A stretch of DNA of 63,944 bases, the filler included, from Hyphochytrium catenoides (taxonomy: Eukaryota; Protista; Hyphochytriomycota): NCBI GenBank assembly GCA_900088475.1. It is 12 parts of 12 records of this genome, joined end to end, with 100 filler letters (N's around TTAATTAATTAA, not from the genome) between each part and the next. Parts side by side here need not be neighbours in the genome. Positions count along the whole stretch, not along the records: positions 15,380 to 24,514 come from FLMG01004039.1; positions 24,615 to 32,612 come from FLMG01000136.1; positions 32,713 to 39,465 come from FLMG01002839.1; 9 more parts are not named here. One strand, written 5' to 3'. Shown here in pieces: positions 22,152 through 34,283 of this stretch (position 1 is its first letter; every line of letters starts with the position of its first letter). The position numbers were made by a program, and so were the translations under genes. Under the pieces are notes generated by a model. The model was not told the DNA's origin. It searched no databases and was given only the letters and a program-made list of their open reading frames with translations.

Positions 22152-22813
22152 ATCAGTGAGTGTTAGGAACGTGAAAAGGAGGTGGAGAACAGGAAGGATG
22201 AAGGATGGTGAGAGGTAAGAGAGAGAGAGAAGGAAAGAAGGATCATCGGAAGAGTGGAAGAAGACAGGGGAGAGGAATGGGGAGCGCGGGGGGAGGGAGG
22301 AGAGGAAGAAAGAGAGAGAGAGAGAGAGAAAAGAGAAGACGTTTCAGATGGAAGGCTAGCCGCTCAGAGAGGTCCATCGATAGTAAGGAGCAAGCGTGGT
22401 CCAGTGGCGATGGTGACAATGACCAGTCTTTGCCCTTCTCGTCCCCTCTCTCTTCCTCTCTCTCTCTTTCTTTTCTCCTTTCCTCTCAGTTAGTTACCTC
22501 TCTTTCATCAAGCTCCTCAGCGTGGAGATGCTGGCTGAGCCACCGCACTCGGAGAGAAGCATTGATAAGAGGGAGAGATAGCCAGAGTCTCGAGACAGAT
22601 TAGAGTGCCAAGTCTTTGGAATGGGGAGAGAAAATGGCCATCAAGGAAGAGAGAGAGAGAGAGAGAGACAGAGAGAGAGTCAGATCGATAAGCCTAGCGT
22701 CAGGGAGTGCAATCGACAAAGCAAAGACCAGGTAATAAAGATACAGCTTCTTCTCTCTCTATCTCTCCTTCCCTCTGTCTACTTTGTCTCTCTAGTTTAA
22801 TGGCCTTTCTTTC

Positions 22814-22847
<34 letters not shown>

Positions 22848-23122
22848 ACATCCCTCTCTCTCTCTTCCCCTTCCGTCTTTCCTCTCGCTCCTTCTTCCAT
22901 TTTTATCCTCTTTTCCTATAGTCTCTTTTCTCCCCTTTCCCTGACCTGTGAGGGGACAAACTTGTCGCTGGTGAGAGTGGCGAGCACTTCTTCATTGAGA
23001 ACCTGAGGCAATCCTCTCCCCAGAGCCGTCCCCACGGGCTCCACGCGGAAGAGACGCCGGTCAGCAGACAGAAAACTGGGCGCAGCAGCGCTGAGAGTCT
23101 ATAGACAGCAGGAGAGAGAGAT

Positions 23123-23164
<42 letters not shown>

Positions 23165-24105
23165 GACAAAGAAGGGAATGTGTGTGAGAAGATGGACGAA
23201 AGGGAAGAGAGAACACATTCGAGAGAGAGAGAGAAAGAGAGACACACAATGAGAGTGGGACAGAGAGAAAAGGAGAGCGAGAAAGATATATAGATTATCA
23301 AAAGATCTAGAGAAAGGGAGAACAGTGAACTGAAGTCAGGGGGATTGAGAGCAAAGGAAGCAGAGAGCACGCACGCGCGCGCGCGAGAGAGAGACACGCG
23401 GTGTGGAAGAGAGAGAATAGAATGAGAAGAGAGAGAGAGCGAGGGAAAGTGAAGGAGCGGAGGACAGCAAAGCGGGGAAGAGAAAAGAGGGAAAAAAAAA
23501 GAGAGAGAGAGAGGTGACGGCGAGCACGCACCGAGCCTGTAGGTCCTACTGTCATCTGTTGATGGGCTCCATAGGCAGGAGAGAGATGAGGAGAGAGACC
23601 TGAGGAGGGAGGAGGAAGAGGATGATAGGACGCTCCCTGCCATCCATAGTCTCTCTCTCTCTCTCCTCCTGCTCCACCAGGGTAGAACTGTCTCTGCACG
23701 GCAGGAGAGAGATGGTGATGGAGAGGTGGCTGTGGATGAGCGGAGAGAGAGGGAGAAGAGAGAGAAGAGGGAGGACGGACTTGTGAAGGGAAGAGAGAGA
23801 GATCTCCACCGGGGAGAGAAGAGGGAGGAAGACGCTGCCCCCCGTTCATCATCATCAGGTGGTGGTGGAGACCTAGGAGAGCACCTCCTCCCGCCCCTCC
23901 TCCTACCAGCGGAGTGACACTCTCTCTTTCTCTCTCTCTCTCCCCCTCTCCTCCAGGAGGAACAAATGTATGGCCTCTGTATGGTGCGATGGAGATTGTC
24001 TCTCTCTTTGCGAAAGAGATGTTGCTCCTCCACTGCGAATGCTTGGAAAGGGCGCTCTTAGCGTTCTCCGCCTCCTCGATCGTCGTGAAGTTGACAAAGG
24101 CAAAC
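21999..24105 (-). CDS. RNA-binding protein: RRM, Pro/His/Gly-rich linker and C-terminal winged-helix-like domain; 5' end truncated; exons 24105-23532, 23002-22946, 22613-22498, 22110-21999
   Basis: RNP1-like FAFVNFTTIEEAENAK...NISFAKRE. The spliced C-terminus reads VLNEEVLATLTSDKFVPSQTWHSNLSRDSGYLSLLSMLLSECGGSASISTLRSLMKERLNSPKTIKSVPLKALLLGYGEKFSLRGNQVLLKSPV*. All junctions are GT-AG and in phase. Confidence 0.8.
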
Positions 24106-24705
24106 CTGGGGGAGAACCCAAGGGAGGAAAGAGCAAGAGAGAGAGAGAGAGAGAGAGAGAATAAGAGAGAGAGAACATGAGAGAGAGAGAGAATAGAAGG
24201 GAGAGAGAGAGAGAAAGAGAGCGTACGTGAGAGACAGAGAAAGAGAGAGGAAGGAGGTACAGAAAGCGAAAGGGAGACAGCCTGATTCTTGAATGAGCAA
24301 GCAGAGAAAACATCTAGGAAGAGAGAAGGTGAGGGGTGGAACAGACAGAAGCTGAGAGTGGTCATGATAGCACTGCGGCAACGATGGAGAGATTTAAAGA
24401 AAGAGAGACCGAGAGGGAGAGAGAGAGAGAAAGAAATGAGAGAGAGCCAGGACCAGAGTGAGAGAGAGAGAGAGCGAAAGAAGGAAAGAGCGAAAGAGAG
24501 AGAGAGAGAGGGGGNNNNNNNNNNNNNNNNNNNNNNNNNNNNNNNNNNNNNNNNNNNNTTAATTAATTAANNNNNNNNNNNNNNNNNNNNNNNNNNNNNN
24601 NNNNNNNNNNNNNNTTCGTACTTCGCCTCCAATCGCGCTTTCTTCTCTCTTTTAGTCTACGCCTCTCTTTCAGTTGTCTTTCTCCTCTTTCTCCTCCTCC
24701 CTCAG

Positions 24706-25046
24706 TCTGTTCCCACCACCATCGCCGTGGCCCTGGCAGCCTCCGTGGGATTCTTTTGCATTCAGGTGACCAAGAGAGAGAGAGAGAGAGAGAAGAGAAG
24801 CGGGAGAGAGGCGACGATAGAGTCTAGACCTCAGTACACAGTTAGGAAAAAAGGGAGACAAGGGGAGGGAGAGAGGCCGGGAAAGAGAGAAAGATACAAG
24901 GTTAGGGAGCATTGCCAGGGGATGTCCGAGGAGAGAAGGGTGATGCTTCAAACACTGGACCACTCGCTTCTTTTTTATTCCTTAGATGTTGCATTTTTGG
25001 GTTTCTGGGACTTTCTCTTCGTCTCTACTTTCGGTACTGACACTCC

Positions 25047-25087
<41 letters not shown>

Positions 25088-25949
25088 TCTGTTTCCCTCT
25101 TGAAGGGTCTTCGCCGCGTTCTATGCGTTGACTTCGGCGGGACAGAATTTGCTGCCACAGCTGCTGGGCTTTTAGGTAGGGCAGGTCGAGAAGGAGAGAA
25201 AGAGGCAAAAGCCAGAGAGGAGAAAGAGAGAACCTTAGCTCACTTCCGCCGCAATCCATCTCCCATGAGGGCGTCCTCTTCTTCCTGTCAGCGAGATGTA
25301 CTCTCTCTCTCTTTCTCTTCTCTCCTCGCCCCTCTCTCCCTCACACTCTCCTCTCTCTCTTCTCCAAACTTCTCCTTTCATTTCTATCCGCCCAGGTACC
25401 TTCCAGTTCGTTGGAGGAGCTGTGGGAGGCGCCGGCTACGGTTCTCTGATAGCGAAAGGAGGTCAGAACGCTCATCTTCCAGCTCGGTCTCTCTCTTATC
25501 GCTTTGTTCTTCTTAACGCCTGCCGCTCTTCTCTCTGTCTCTCTCTCTCCTCTCCTCCTTCTAGCCGTCCTCAATGTACATCTTTCGAAACTCTCTCCTT
25601 CTCTCGGCGCTCTCTCTCTCTGTCTTTTACTTCACCTGATGTAGGATTGCTCTCACTGCTTTTCTCATGATAAAAGTACCCTCTTCCGGGAGAGTGATCT
25701 CTCTTTCTCCTTCTCTCTCTCTCTAACTGCAAATGCTATGCTGGATCCTCCTCCGGGACCCCTATCGCTCACTCTGTTTCTCTCTTTGTTCTCTGCTGCT
25801 GTTTGGTACCAGGCTTTGGCTGGTGGCAGGCCTCACAGTTATTCTTCGCGGTCGTGGGAGTGATCTTCTCCACCTGGCTGACGCTCCGCTGGAAGAGACA
25901 GAGACGAGAAGAGAGAGAAGCCGAGATGGGGGAGGAGTTAAATGTTTAA
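24706..25949 (+). CDS. C-terminal part of an MFS transporter, organophosphate:Pi antiporter-like (GlpT/UhpC/SLC37); exons 24706-24765, 25106-25175, 25396-25461, 25813-25949
   Basis: Spliced VDFGGTEFAATAAGLLGTFQFVGGAVGGAGYGSLIAKGGFGWWQASQLFFAVVGVIFS matches the TM11-TM12 pattern of the OPA family. It is absent from the ORF track as a unit. Confidence 0.7.
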
Positions 25950-26903
25950 GGCGTGTTCCTCAGGCTCTAGAGACTCTTTTTTCCTCTTCTCTCTCACTTG
26001 AAAAGAGAAAAGAAGGGGAGAGATCTTCTTCTTTCGTCCTAAGGCATCATGATTCCTAGAGTTCGGAAGACGTGGAAGAGGCTTCCTTGTTTTCCTTCTC
26101 CTTTTTTCTCTCTCTCTCTGCGGGCAGAAGAGAGATCGGACCAGGCCAATACCCATCAGGACTTTTAAGAACGAGTTCGCACTAAATGCACCCTCTCTTC
26201 TTTCTTTGCAGTGTGCAAGCCAACTAGTGACTCTCTTCCTCTCTCCTTTATTCAACGATGCCGAACAGAAGTTTTCTCTCTGTCTTTCCCATATGACGGT
26301 ATGCCGTGTAGGGGCCGTCTCTCTCTCTCTCTCTCTTTCTGTCTCTTTCTCTCTCTCTGTCTCTCTTTCTTTGTCTTTCTCTCTCTCTCTCTTTCTTTGT
26401 TTTTCTCTCTCTCTCTCTCTTTCTTTCTCTTTCTCTCTCTCTTCACACCCACCATCAGAATCAAAATTCTATTATGATCTCCTGGTTAGGGTCTCCTGGG
26501 ATCGAGTTTGTGCAAGAGAAGAAGCAATGACTGACGCGACAGGCTGGACGTAAACCCCAAGAAGACAGCTCCAGGAATCATTTTGGCTGTTTAGAAAGGA
26601 GAAGCAAAGAGAGAGAGAGAAAGTCTGTGTGTCCACAATGACAGGGAAGAAACGGCAGGAAAAGAGAACAGAAATGAAGTTTTGTTCGCCGACTGTGCAC
26701 AGTTGCTCCCCATCTTTAGTCGCCCAGCCGTTAGGAAGCACTAGAGAGAGACAGAGAGAAAAAACACGACGAAGACAGAGAGCGATAGATCTAGCCAGAG
26801 AGAGAGAGAGAGACCCAGACCTAACCGCCATCGAATAGCGAAGAGAGATGCACGAACAAGAGAAGGGAGACGCGAGAAAAGTTCCCACGAAAGAGGAAGG
26901 AGA

Positions 26904-29900
26904 CTAGAGGAAATGCACTTGCATTAGCCCTATAATGACGCCTAGAACTCCTCCTAGAAGGACTAACTTCCATTCTTCCTCCTGAAACACGGGATGAAGG
27001 ATGCGCTCGAACTCTTGAGGTGGCAGTGCCGTTATCTGCTCCTGAAGAGTCTTCTCCAGGGCCAACGCTTCTCCCTATTGAGGTAAAGGAAAAGAGAGCA
27101 AGACGTGAGTGGACAGCAGCACCGAAAGTGTAAGAAGAATGTGGCGATGGGGTCAGTTCTACTTAAGTGTCAAACACAGGGATGGCTAGCTTCTTGAGTG
27201 CAAATAATGAGCAAAACAGGTCAAGAGGAAACGACAGAAAGGAAAGAAGAGACACACACAAAGAGAGAGAGAGAGGGAGAGAGAGAGAGAGGAAGGGGGA
27301 GGAGGAAAGTGGAAAAAGAGGCTAAGGCAACGACAAAAGACCACCGATATTACAAACAAGAAGCAAGAAAGAAGGAATATAGGGGCAAAGGAGGAAAGAA
27401 AAAGGGGAGAGGGGAAGATGAGACTTAAGGACCGAAACCTGGAACATGACATTAGGTGGGTGCAGAAGTGTCTAAGAGAAAGCGCAGCAGTCTTGAGAAG
27501 GACGCACACTCGAGAGAGAGAGAGTTTTTGACTATGATCGAGCTGGAAGGCGAGGAAAGTAGTGCAAGTACCGTGTAGTCCTCGAGATAGTGGAAGGAAG
27601 AGGGAATCATCGTCTCTGCCGCCATTTTGCCAAAATCTTTCTTGATTTCATCGTAAGAGGAGGAACCAACAGAGAGACGGACGACGGGAGCTAGCCGGCC
27701 CAGCTCTTGATCAATGGCTAATACGAGAGAGACGCAACGGCGAAGAAAGAGGTAAGGAGAGAGGCTGCCACAAGAAAGAGGGAGGAAAGGAGCCGTGCTC
27801 TCTTCTCGTGAGCTTTCGGTAATTTTCGTCTCCCCCTCTCTCTCCCTCCACGCAAGGCTATGCCCCATCATTGCCAGCATTACGCAAAGGGCAACGTAAC
27901 TTAGTGACTGGGAAGACGATGCCTCCCTTTCTCTCTCTATCTGTCCCTCTTTCTCTCCCTCTCTTATTTCCGTCAATAGACGATACCAGTCGTTCTATTC
28001 TATGTGAGCGACGGCACTACGCTAGATATCGCTCACTTTCTCTCTCCTTTCTGGCCTCACCCTTAAAGAGAGAGAGAGAGGGGAAGACATTGAGAAGGGG
28101 AGAAAGGAAGACATTGAGAAGGGGAGGAAGAAGAGAGCGCTTCTAATCTTACCTTGGCTGACTCTTTCTTGCACAAGCTGCTGAAGCTTCTCCGCGGCCG
28201 CGCCTCTAGAAAGAGCGCCCAATAGCGTCGCCGCGTCTAAGAGCTCGCGGGACACTACCCGTGCGTACTCCGCAGCAACCTAAATGAGAGATTTAGAAAC
28301 CAGCACGGAGAGAGAGTGAGAGAGAGAACAGATGGATTGGAAGCAAGAAATTATGTCAGACGACAAGTGGGAAGAGGACCCTTGGACTGCGTAGGCCTTG
28401 ACACACAACAATGGGCTGTGAAGAATCAGTGGTAGAGAAACGCGACGGCACGCAAGTAAAGAACAAGGAGGAATGAGAGAAAAGAGCGAAGCGCAGGAGA
28501 GACGAGGCCTACAGGTACCTCCTTCTGTCTTCTAAGAAAGATCCCCTGGCAGGTGATTGTCGTACAACCGCCCAAGAGAGAGAGTGTTCGCGGCTCCACC
28601 GGGCGGAATATGACTGACAAGGCCAAGAAGTTTGTCAAAGCCCCGACTACCAGGCCCACCACCGGGAAGACAACCAGCTTGTTCTGATATGATGAGGGTT
28701 GACAGTAAATAAGAGGATGGTGATGAAGGGATACGTCAAAGAGAAGAAAGAGAGGGAGAGAGAAACAGTAAGGGAAAAAGAAGAAAGACAGCGAGACTGC
28801 GGATATGATTGACAGGTCAAGAAGTTGTCGACGCTTAACCACCATGTCCACAATCGGGAAAGACAACCGGAATGTTCTAAGAGGGCAGAACTTGAAGAAG
28901 AAAAATAGAAGAGAATGGTGAAGGGCAAGAAGATGATGAAGCGGAAGTGAGAAAAAGGATTTACGAAGAGCCAAGAAACAACTAAGAGCGGGGGAGGAAA
29001 GTTATTGGCCCTCAATGGCAGGTGTGCACTCTCAGTGCTAACCTTATAAAAGAGCCATAAGATCATCTGAAGGATGCCAAATAAGAGGCCCATGGAAGCT
29101 CCTGCGTTTCGAATAAAGCGAAGCTCCTCTCTCCCGCAGCTGATGAAGATCAAATTCAAAAGATCGGGCTCCGAGGTAATCAGAGAGACCGTTAACTCCT
29201 CAACGTCAAGCAGGGTATCGATGTCGGACTGCGCGGAAGGGCGTTAGCGAAAGGGCAATGGGGCTAAGGTTGCGGGGGCAATTGAGGTAACGACAGGCCA
29301 GCTCGAAGCAACGATCAGCCAAAGTTAAGGAAGAGAGAAACATGAGAAGAATCAGGGCCATTCTTCGCTCTTGCCCATGCCTAGAAAGCCTCACTATCTC
29401 CAGCCCTCCTGCACTTCTTCCCTCATTGTCATCTGCCTCTCACCTGTATGGAGGATAGCATGTCAGCGACCAGTGCAGGTGACTCTTCTCCAACCCTTAG
29501 AATGAGCTCTTCTCTAACTTTTTTAGGAAGAATCCTCCACAGCTGCGGGGAATATTTCTGTGCTGCATCTTCTACCAGCTGTTGGATCAACTCTGAGCGA
29601 ATGAGAGGCTCCAGCTGCTGCGCCACCATTGACGAATCGAGACGAGAAAAGAGCTCTTTCTGAACGCATCCGCGTTGAGGAACATAACCGAGGAACAGAG
29701 ACACGAAAGAGCACCCCACCACGAAAGGAGGTTTTGTGATCAGGGTCAGGGGCCAGGTTCCAAGCGGAAAATATGAGATTGAGGAGGAAGGAAGATAGGG
29801 AAAGAAAATGCGGAATGGGGAGAGGAGGTGAGAGACTGCCAGCGAATGAAGGCAAGCCTAATAGTACGTAGGGACAGGGTTTATAAGAGAAATAGCAAAC

Positions 29901-31251
29901 GGAATAGATATATCACTTTGCCGAATGCGAGGGACTACAAGCGCTCAGAAGTCTTCTTCCCTGTGATTCCTCATACTACACTTACCGTGTCCAGGAGCTC
30001 TTTGGTCATGAGCTGGACGGCGGTTCTCGCCATCTTCGCCGCCTTGGACGGAACAATTCCTTGCCATCCAAGCAGCCCGCATTGGCCATCAAACATAGCT
30101 AGCGGACAACAACCGCGGTACCTAGGCGAGGAAGGAGAAACAAGTCTATGAGCCACGGTTTGAAAACCACTAAATTTCGATGGGATCGAAGATGATAGAG
30201 GGCAAAAAGAGGGACAGAGAGAGAGACTAGAGAGAGAGAGAGAGTCAGGAGATCCATCTATTAGATATAGCAAATGAAATAGGTGCGATGCTACAATAAG
30301 AAGAGGGGCAAGGATAACGACAAGGATCGTACCTAATAGGATAGAATGTCAGCCACAACGCCATCCAGATGTGGAAGTAGGTGAAGATCACCGATACCAA
30401 AGGAATGGAACCGTATTCCAACAGCACGTGTGGTGGGACATCATAGTAATATACAGCGAGAAAGGAGAAAAGAGAGACAAGGAAGAAGCTGGCCACAGTC
30501 ATCATCAGCTGCTCGTGTAGGTAGAGACCAGTTGTTAGGGAAAAAGAGAGTTAGCAAGAAGAGGACTGCAGAACATACAATGGGGGAGTAAGAGAGGGAG
30601 AAAGGAGCAGAGAGAGAGAGCGCGCGCGAGAGAGAGAGCGAAAACGAGATAGAAGGGATGCGGAGGAGATGGTCGAAGCGGAGAAATGAATGAAGACGAA
30701 GGTTTGAAAACAGTATCGAAGAGGATAGTAGCGCGCGGAGTCACTTCAACTCTACTAAGAGAAAGGCTATCACCAGTGCTACTGACCTGCGAGCGGGAGA
30801 GGGGACATGGTAAGAGTGGAGGGAAGGAGAGAGAACTCAATGGCCTCTTCCTGCGCTTTCTGGCTCCCGCTTGTCTGTTCTCCCTGACAACGTCTGAGAG
30901 CAATGGGCTCCCCTCGGTTACGCTCTCTCTCTGTTCTGGCGTTGAACTACCGTCAGAGAGAGACCCGACTGAGTGCTCCCTCCTTTTCTCTTCCTCTCTT
31001 TGCCAAAGGACATGGTGAAGGTGCTGGAAGTCCTGATCTTGCAAGATTGAGTCCCGCGCCTGCCGTAGCTCGCTGTCGAGTCTATGAGTGACTTCTGACG
31101 CCTTTGCGTGGAGAAGTGAGACTACGAGAGGAAGCACGGAGACTATGCCTCCTGGTCCTGAAGCGCTTTGTCTCCAGCGGAAACCTTCATCTTCGTCTTC
31201 TTCTCTTTGCGGGGAGTAATCGGCGCGGATGGTGTTCCCTCTTTCCTGCAT
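26904..31251 (-). CDS. DUF445-like membrane protein, multi-exon, apparently complete
   Basis: Motifs IWMALWLTFYP, GWQGIVPSKAAKMA, ELRFIRNAGASMGLLFG, GALTNFLALSVIFRP, QGIFLRRQKE|VAAEYA and LPPQEFERILHPVFQEEEWKLVLLGGVLG...HFL*. Confidence 0.85.
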
Positions 31252-32721
31252 GTTACGAGCCTACGGCTGAAGACCCTCAGCCAAGCAGAAGGCGTTTATG
31301 CGCTTGACAAACTTTTCTGTCCTAGGCACCGAAGCGACAAGGCCCAACAAGGCATCCCCTTTGCCTCAGATCAAATTAGGAAGCCACAAAGCAAGTGCTA
31401 AAGAACTGGATGTGTAGGTCAGGCTTCGCATGTTGCACGCAGAGCCAGCCCAACTTTAAACTGCTTTAGCTGTCTGCACATTGCCCATCCATTTTCTAGA
31501 ACAAAGACGCTTCTTCAAGTCCCGAACTGACTTACTATCCGCTGCAGATTTGATTGAGATTGTTATCGACGGAGCTGATGGAACATAAGGGAGGACAAGA
31601 AACAAACGAGAGATTTTTCATCGGGAATCGAGAATCTGGGAAAGAGAAAACTGATTTTAGATGAACGAATCAAGGATTTTATGTGTGGCACGATCTCAGA
31701 TCATTTACATAGTAATCTCTTGGTAAGGATTACTAGTAATCTTAATCTAGTTATTTTCTCTATCCTGCCGCCTCTTAAGTTTGTGGTTTGTGTGTGGTAC
31801 TCGTACCTGTACAAGTAGGGTTCTGTGCCCCAACCAGGATGATGACGAGGCTTTGCCCTGGTTGAAGTTTGCTATGATAGGTTTCCACGGAAGGTTTCAC
31901 TTTCAACACCCTGGGACTCTTATTAAGCCGTCCTAGCGTGATGGCTTTTCCATGTTTCTTTCAATTGGAAAATATGGATGAGGCAGATGTCAGATGTCTT
32001 CTTCCATCATGGGTATCTGCTGATACTTGTACAGCTGATGGTCCTTGGCACCGATAAACCTCCCGCCTCTGTGAACTGTGCCTGGCCTATCTTCAGCTTA
32101 CATTGGGGCAGCTCTTCCCTACAACCGCTGATGATCAAATACCCTTCCACTGACCTTTGACAGTCTGGGGTAGTACTACTACATCCCTCTGGTGGATTAT
32201 AGCGGTAATGCCCTGGTATTACCACTGCCCTGTTCTGACCTTGCGGGGAGCATCTTCCTTCTCTTCCTCAGCGCCTTCCGCCCGCTTCACGTCTCCTCGT
32301 CATCTTCTCACTTTCTCCCTCACCTATCCGAAACTCCGCCGATTACTACCTCACTGTATGTGTAACGCTCCTATATTAACCTATAGATTAGCCGGCCCGG
32401 AGTGTTCGGGGATGGATCTTTGCGGTGGGCGAGGTATCTTTCGCTCTTTCTTCGCTTCCTTCGTTGGCTTGCCTGTCTGTCATCCTGCACTTGCTCTTGA
32501 GAAGTCAGCTTTCCTGTCACGTCTCTCTCTCTCTCTCTCTCTTTCTCTCACTCACTCTCTCTCCCTCTCTCTTTCTCTCCCTCTCTCTCTCTCTCTCTCT
32601 CCCTCTCACTCCNNNNNNNNNNNNNNNNNNNNNNNNNNNNNNNNNNNNNNNNNNNNTTAATTAATTAANNNNNNNNNNNNNNNNNNNNNNNNNNNNNNNN
32701 NNNNNNNNNNNNTCTCTTTAG

Positions 32722-32891
32722 ATTGGCGCCAGGCGTAGCTGTGGGAGCTTCCTCTCCTAGAGAAGTCTGTTTGAAGGTAAAGCAAAGTGAAGAAAGATCT
32801 GGGCTGCCCAGAAGGGGGAGGAACGGAAGTAGTTGGCCCGTGAAAGAGCTCAAATGTGTAAATATTAAGGAGAGAGAGAGAGAGGGAGAGA

Positions 32892-32924
<33 letters not shown>

Positions 32925-33244
32925 AGAGACAAAGAGAGAGAGAGAGAAAGCAAGGCCAAGGGTGATGTTTGGCTTGTGGCTGCTTTGGTGAGCCAAGGTC
33001 AGTGGTGACTAAGCTGTTTCTCTCTTTCTCGTTTTGCAGAGCGGCTTCTGGCGCCAGGAAATCAGCAGCCTGAATGTGACTCGCTGCACAGAGGGATCGT
33101 GCCTGGCCAACGCCAGGGGTTTGTCCGGTGCGGGCTGCGCGCCAGGACTTGTGGGCCCCGCCTGCAGTGCTAATGCTCCGGACTTCTTCTTTAGTCCAAC
33201 CGGGGAGATCCAAGGTAGTTCGGTCTCTCGCCTCTTTTTCCCGC

Positions 33245-33284
<40 letters not shown>

Positions 33285-34252
33285 CCTTTTTGTCTCTCTC
33301 ATGTTCTCTGTTGCTCTTTTCCTCTCATATCCTCTGTTGCTCTTTTCTTGCTTTCCCTGAATCTACCCGCTCTCAATCCAGTTTTCTCTCTCTTTCTCTG
33401 TGTCTGTTATTCCTCTTCTCCATCTTCCTGGACTTGGCAACTCATCCGCCCTTCCTCGCCCTCCTCTCTCTCTCTCATAGCTTGCAATCACAGCGTGAGT
33501 GCGGTCAGTCTAGTCTTTGTCTCTCTCGCCATGGCCGCTCTCTTGGCCCTGTGGACTCGTCTGAACCGCAGTTCCCGTACGAAGCCGCACGCAAAGCTCG
33601 TCCCGGCAGCAAAGATCTACTTCAACTACGTGGTCATGACCTTGCTCTCCTTTCGTNNNNNNNNNNNNTCTCTCTCTCACTCCCTTTTTGGCTCAGGAGA
33701 GGATCTTCTCCTTTGTGTTGTCTCTCTCTCTCTTCTATAGTCCCCTCTCTCTCCCCTCATCTCTCTCTCTCTCCTCAGGGTGCTAGTCTTTGTCTAACGT
33801 GTAGTTGCCTAAAAGTGGAAGCTCTTCTGCTTTTGCCTTTGAAGCTCGTCCCTTTTGCCCCTCTTCTCTCTTATAATTCTTCACTTTTCTAACTGAGCAA
33901 CTCCTTAGCTATCAATGACGGGCTACGGAGAGCCTTCACCAACCTGGTTGATGATAACAGGAGACCTTTCGACGTCCTGTACGTACGCATGCATGACGAG
34001 AGAGAGAGAGAGAGAGAGAGAGAGTCTGTGAAAGAGAGGGAGGAAGAGAGAGGGAACCGGCGGAAGAGTAGGGGAGAAGTTTATGTTGAGGCAGGAGGGA
34101 AGTTAGGGATGACCTAGCGGTGAGCTTTACTAGCTTTGAGAGTGTCTGCTATTCTGACTCTTGTTTCCTTTTTACGGCCTCGTCTCTCTCTCTCTCTCTC
34201 TCNNNNNNNNNNNNNNNNNNNNNNNNNNNNNNNNCTCTCTCTCTCTCTCCCC

Positions 34253-34283
<31 letters not shown>

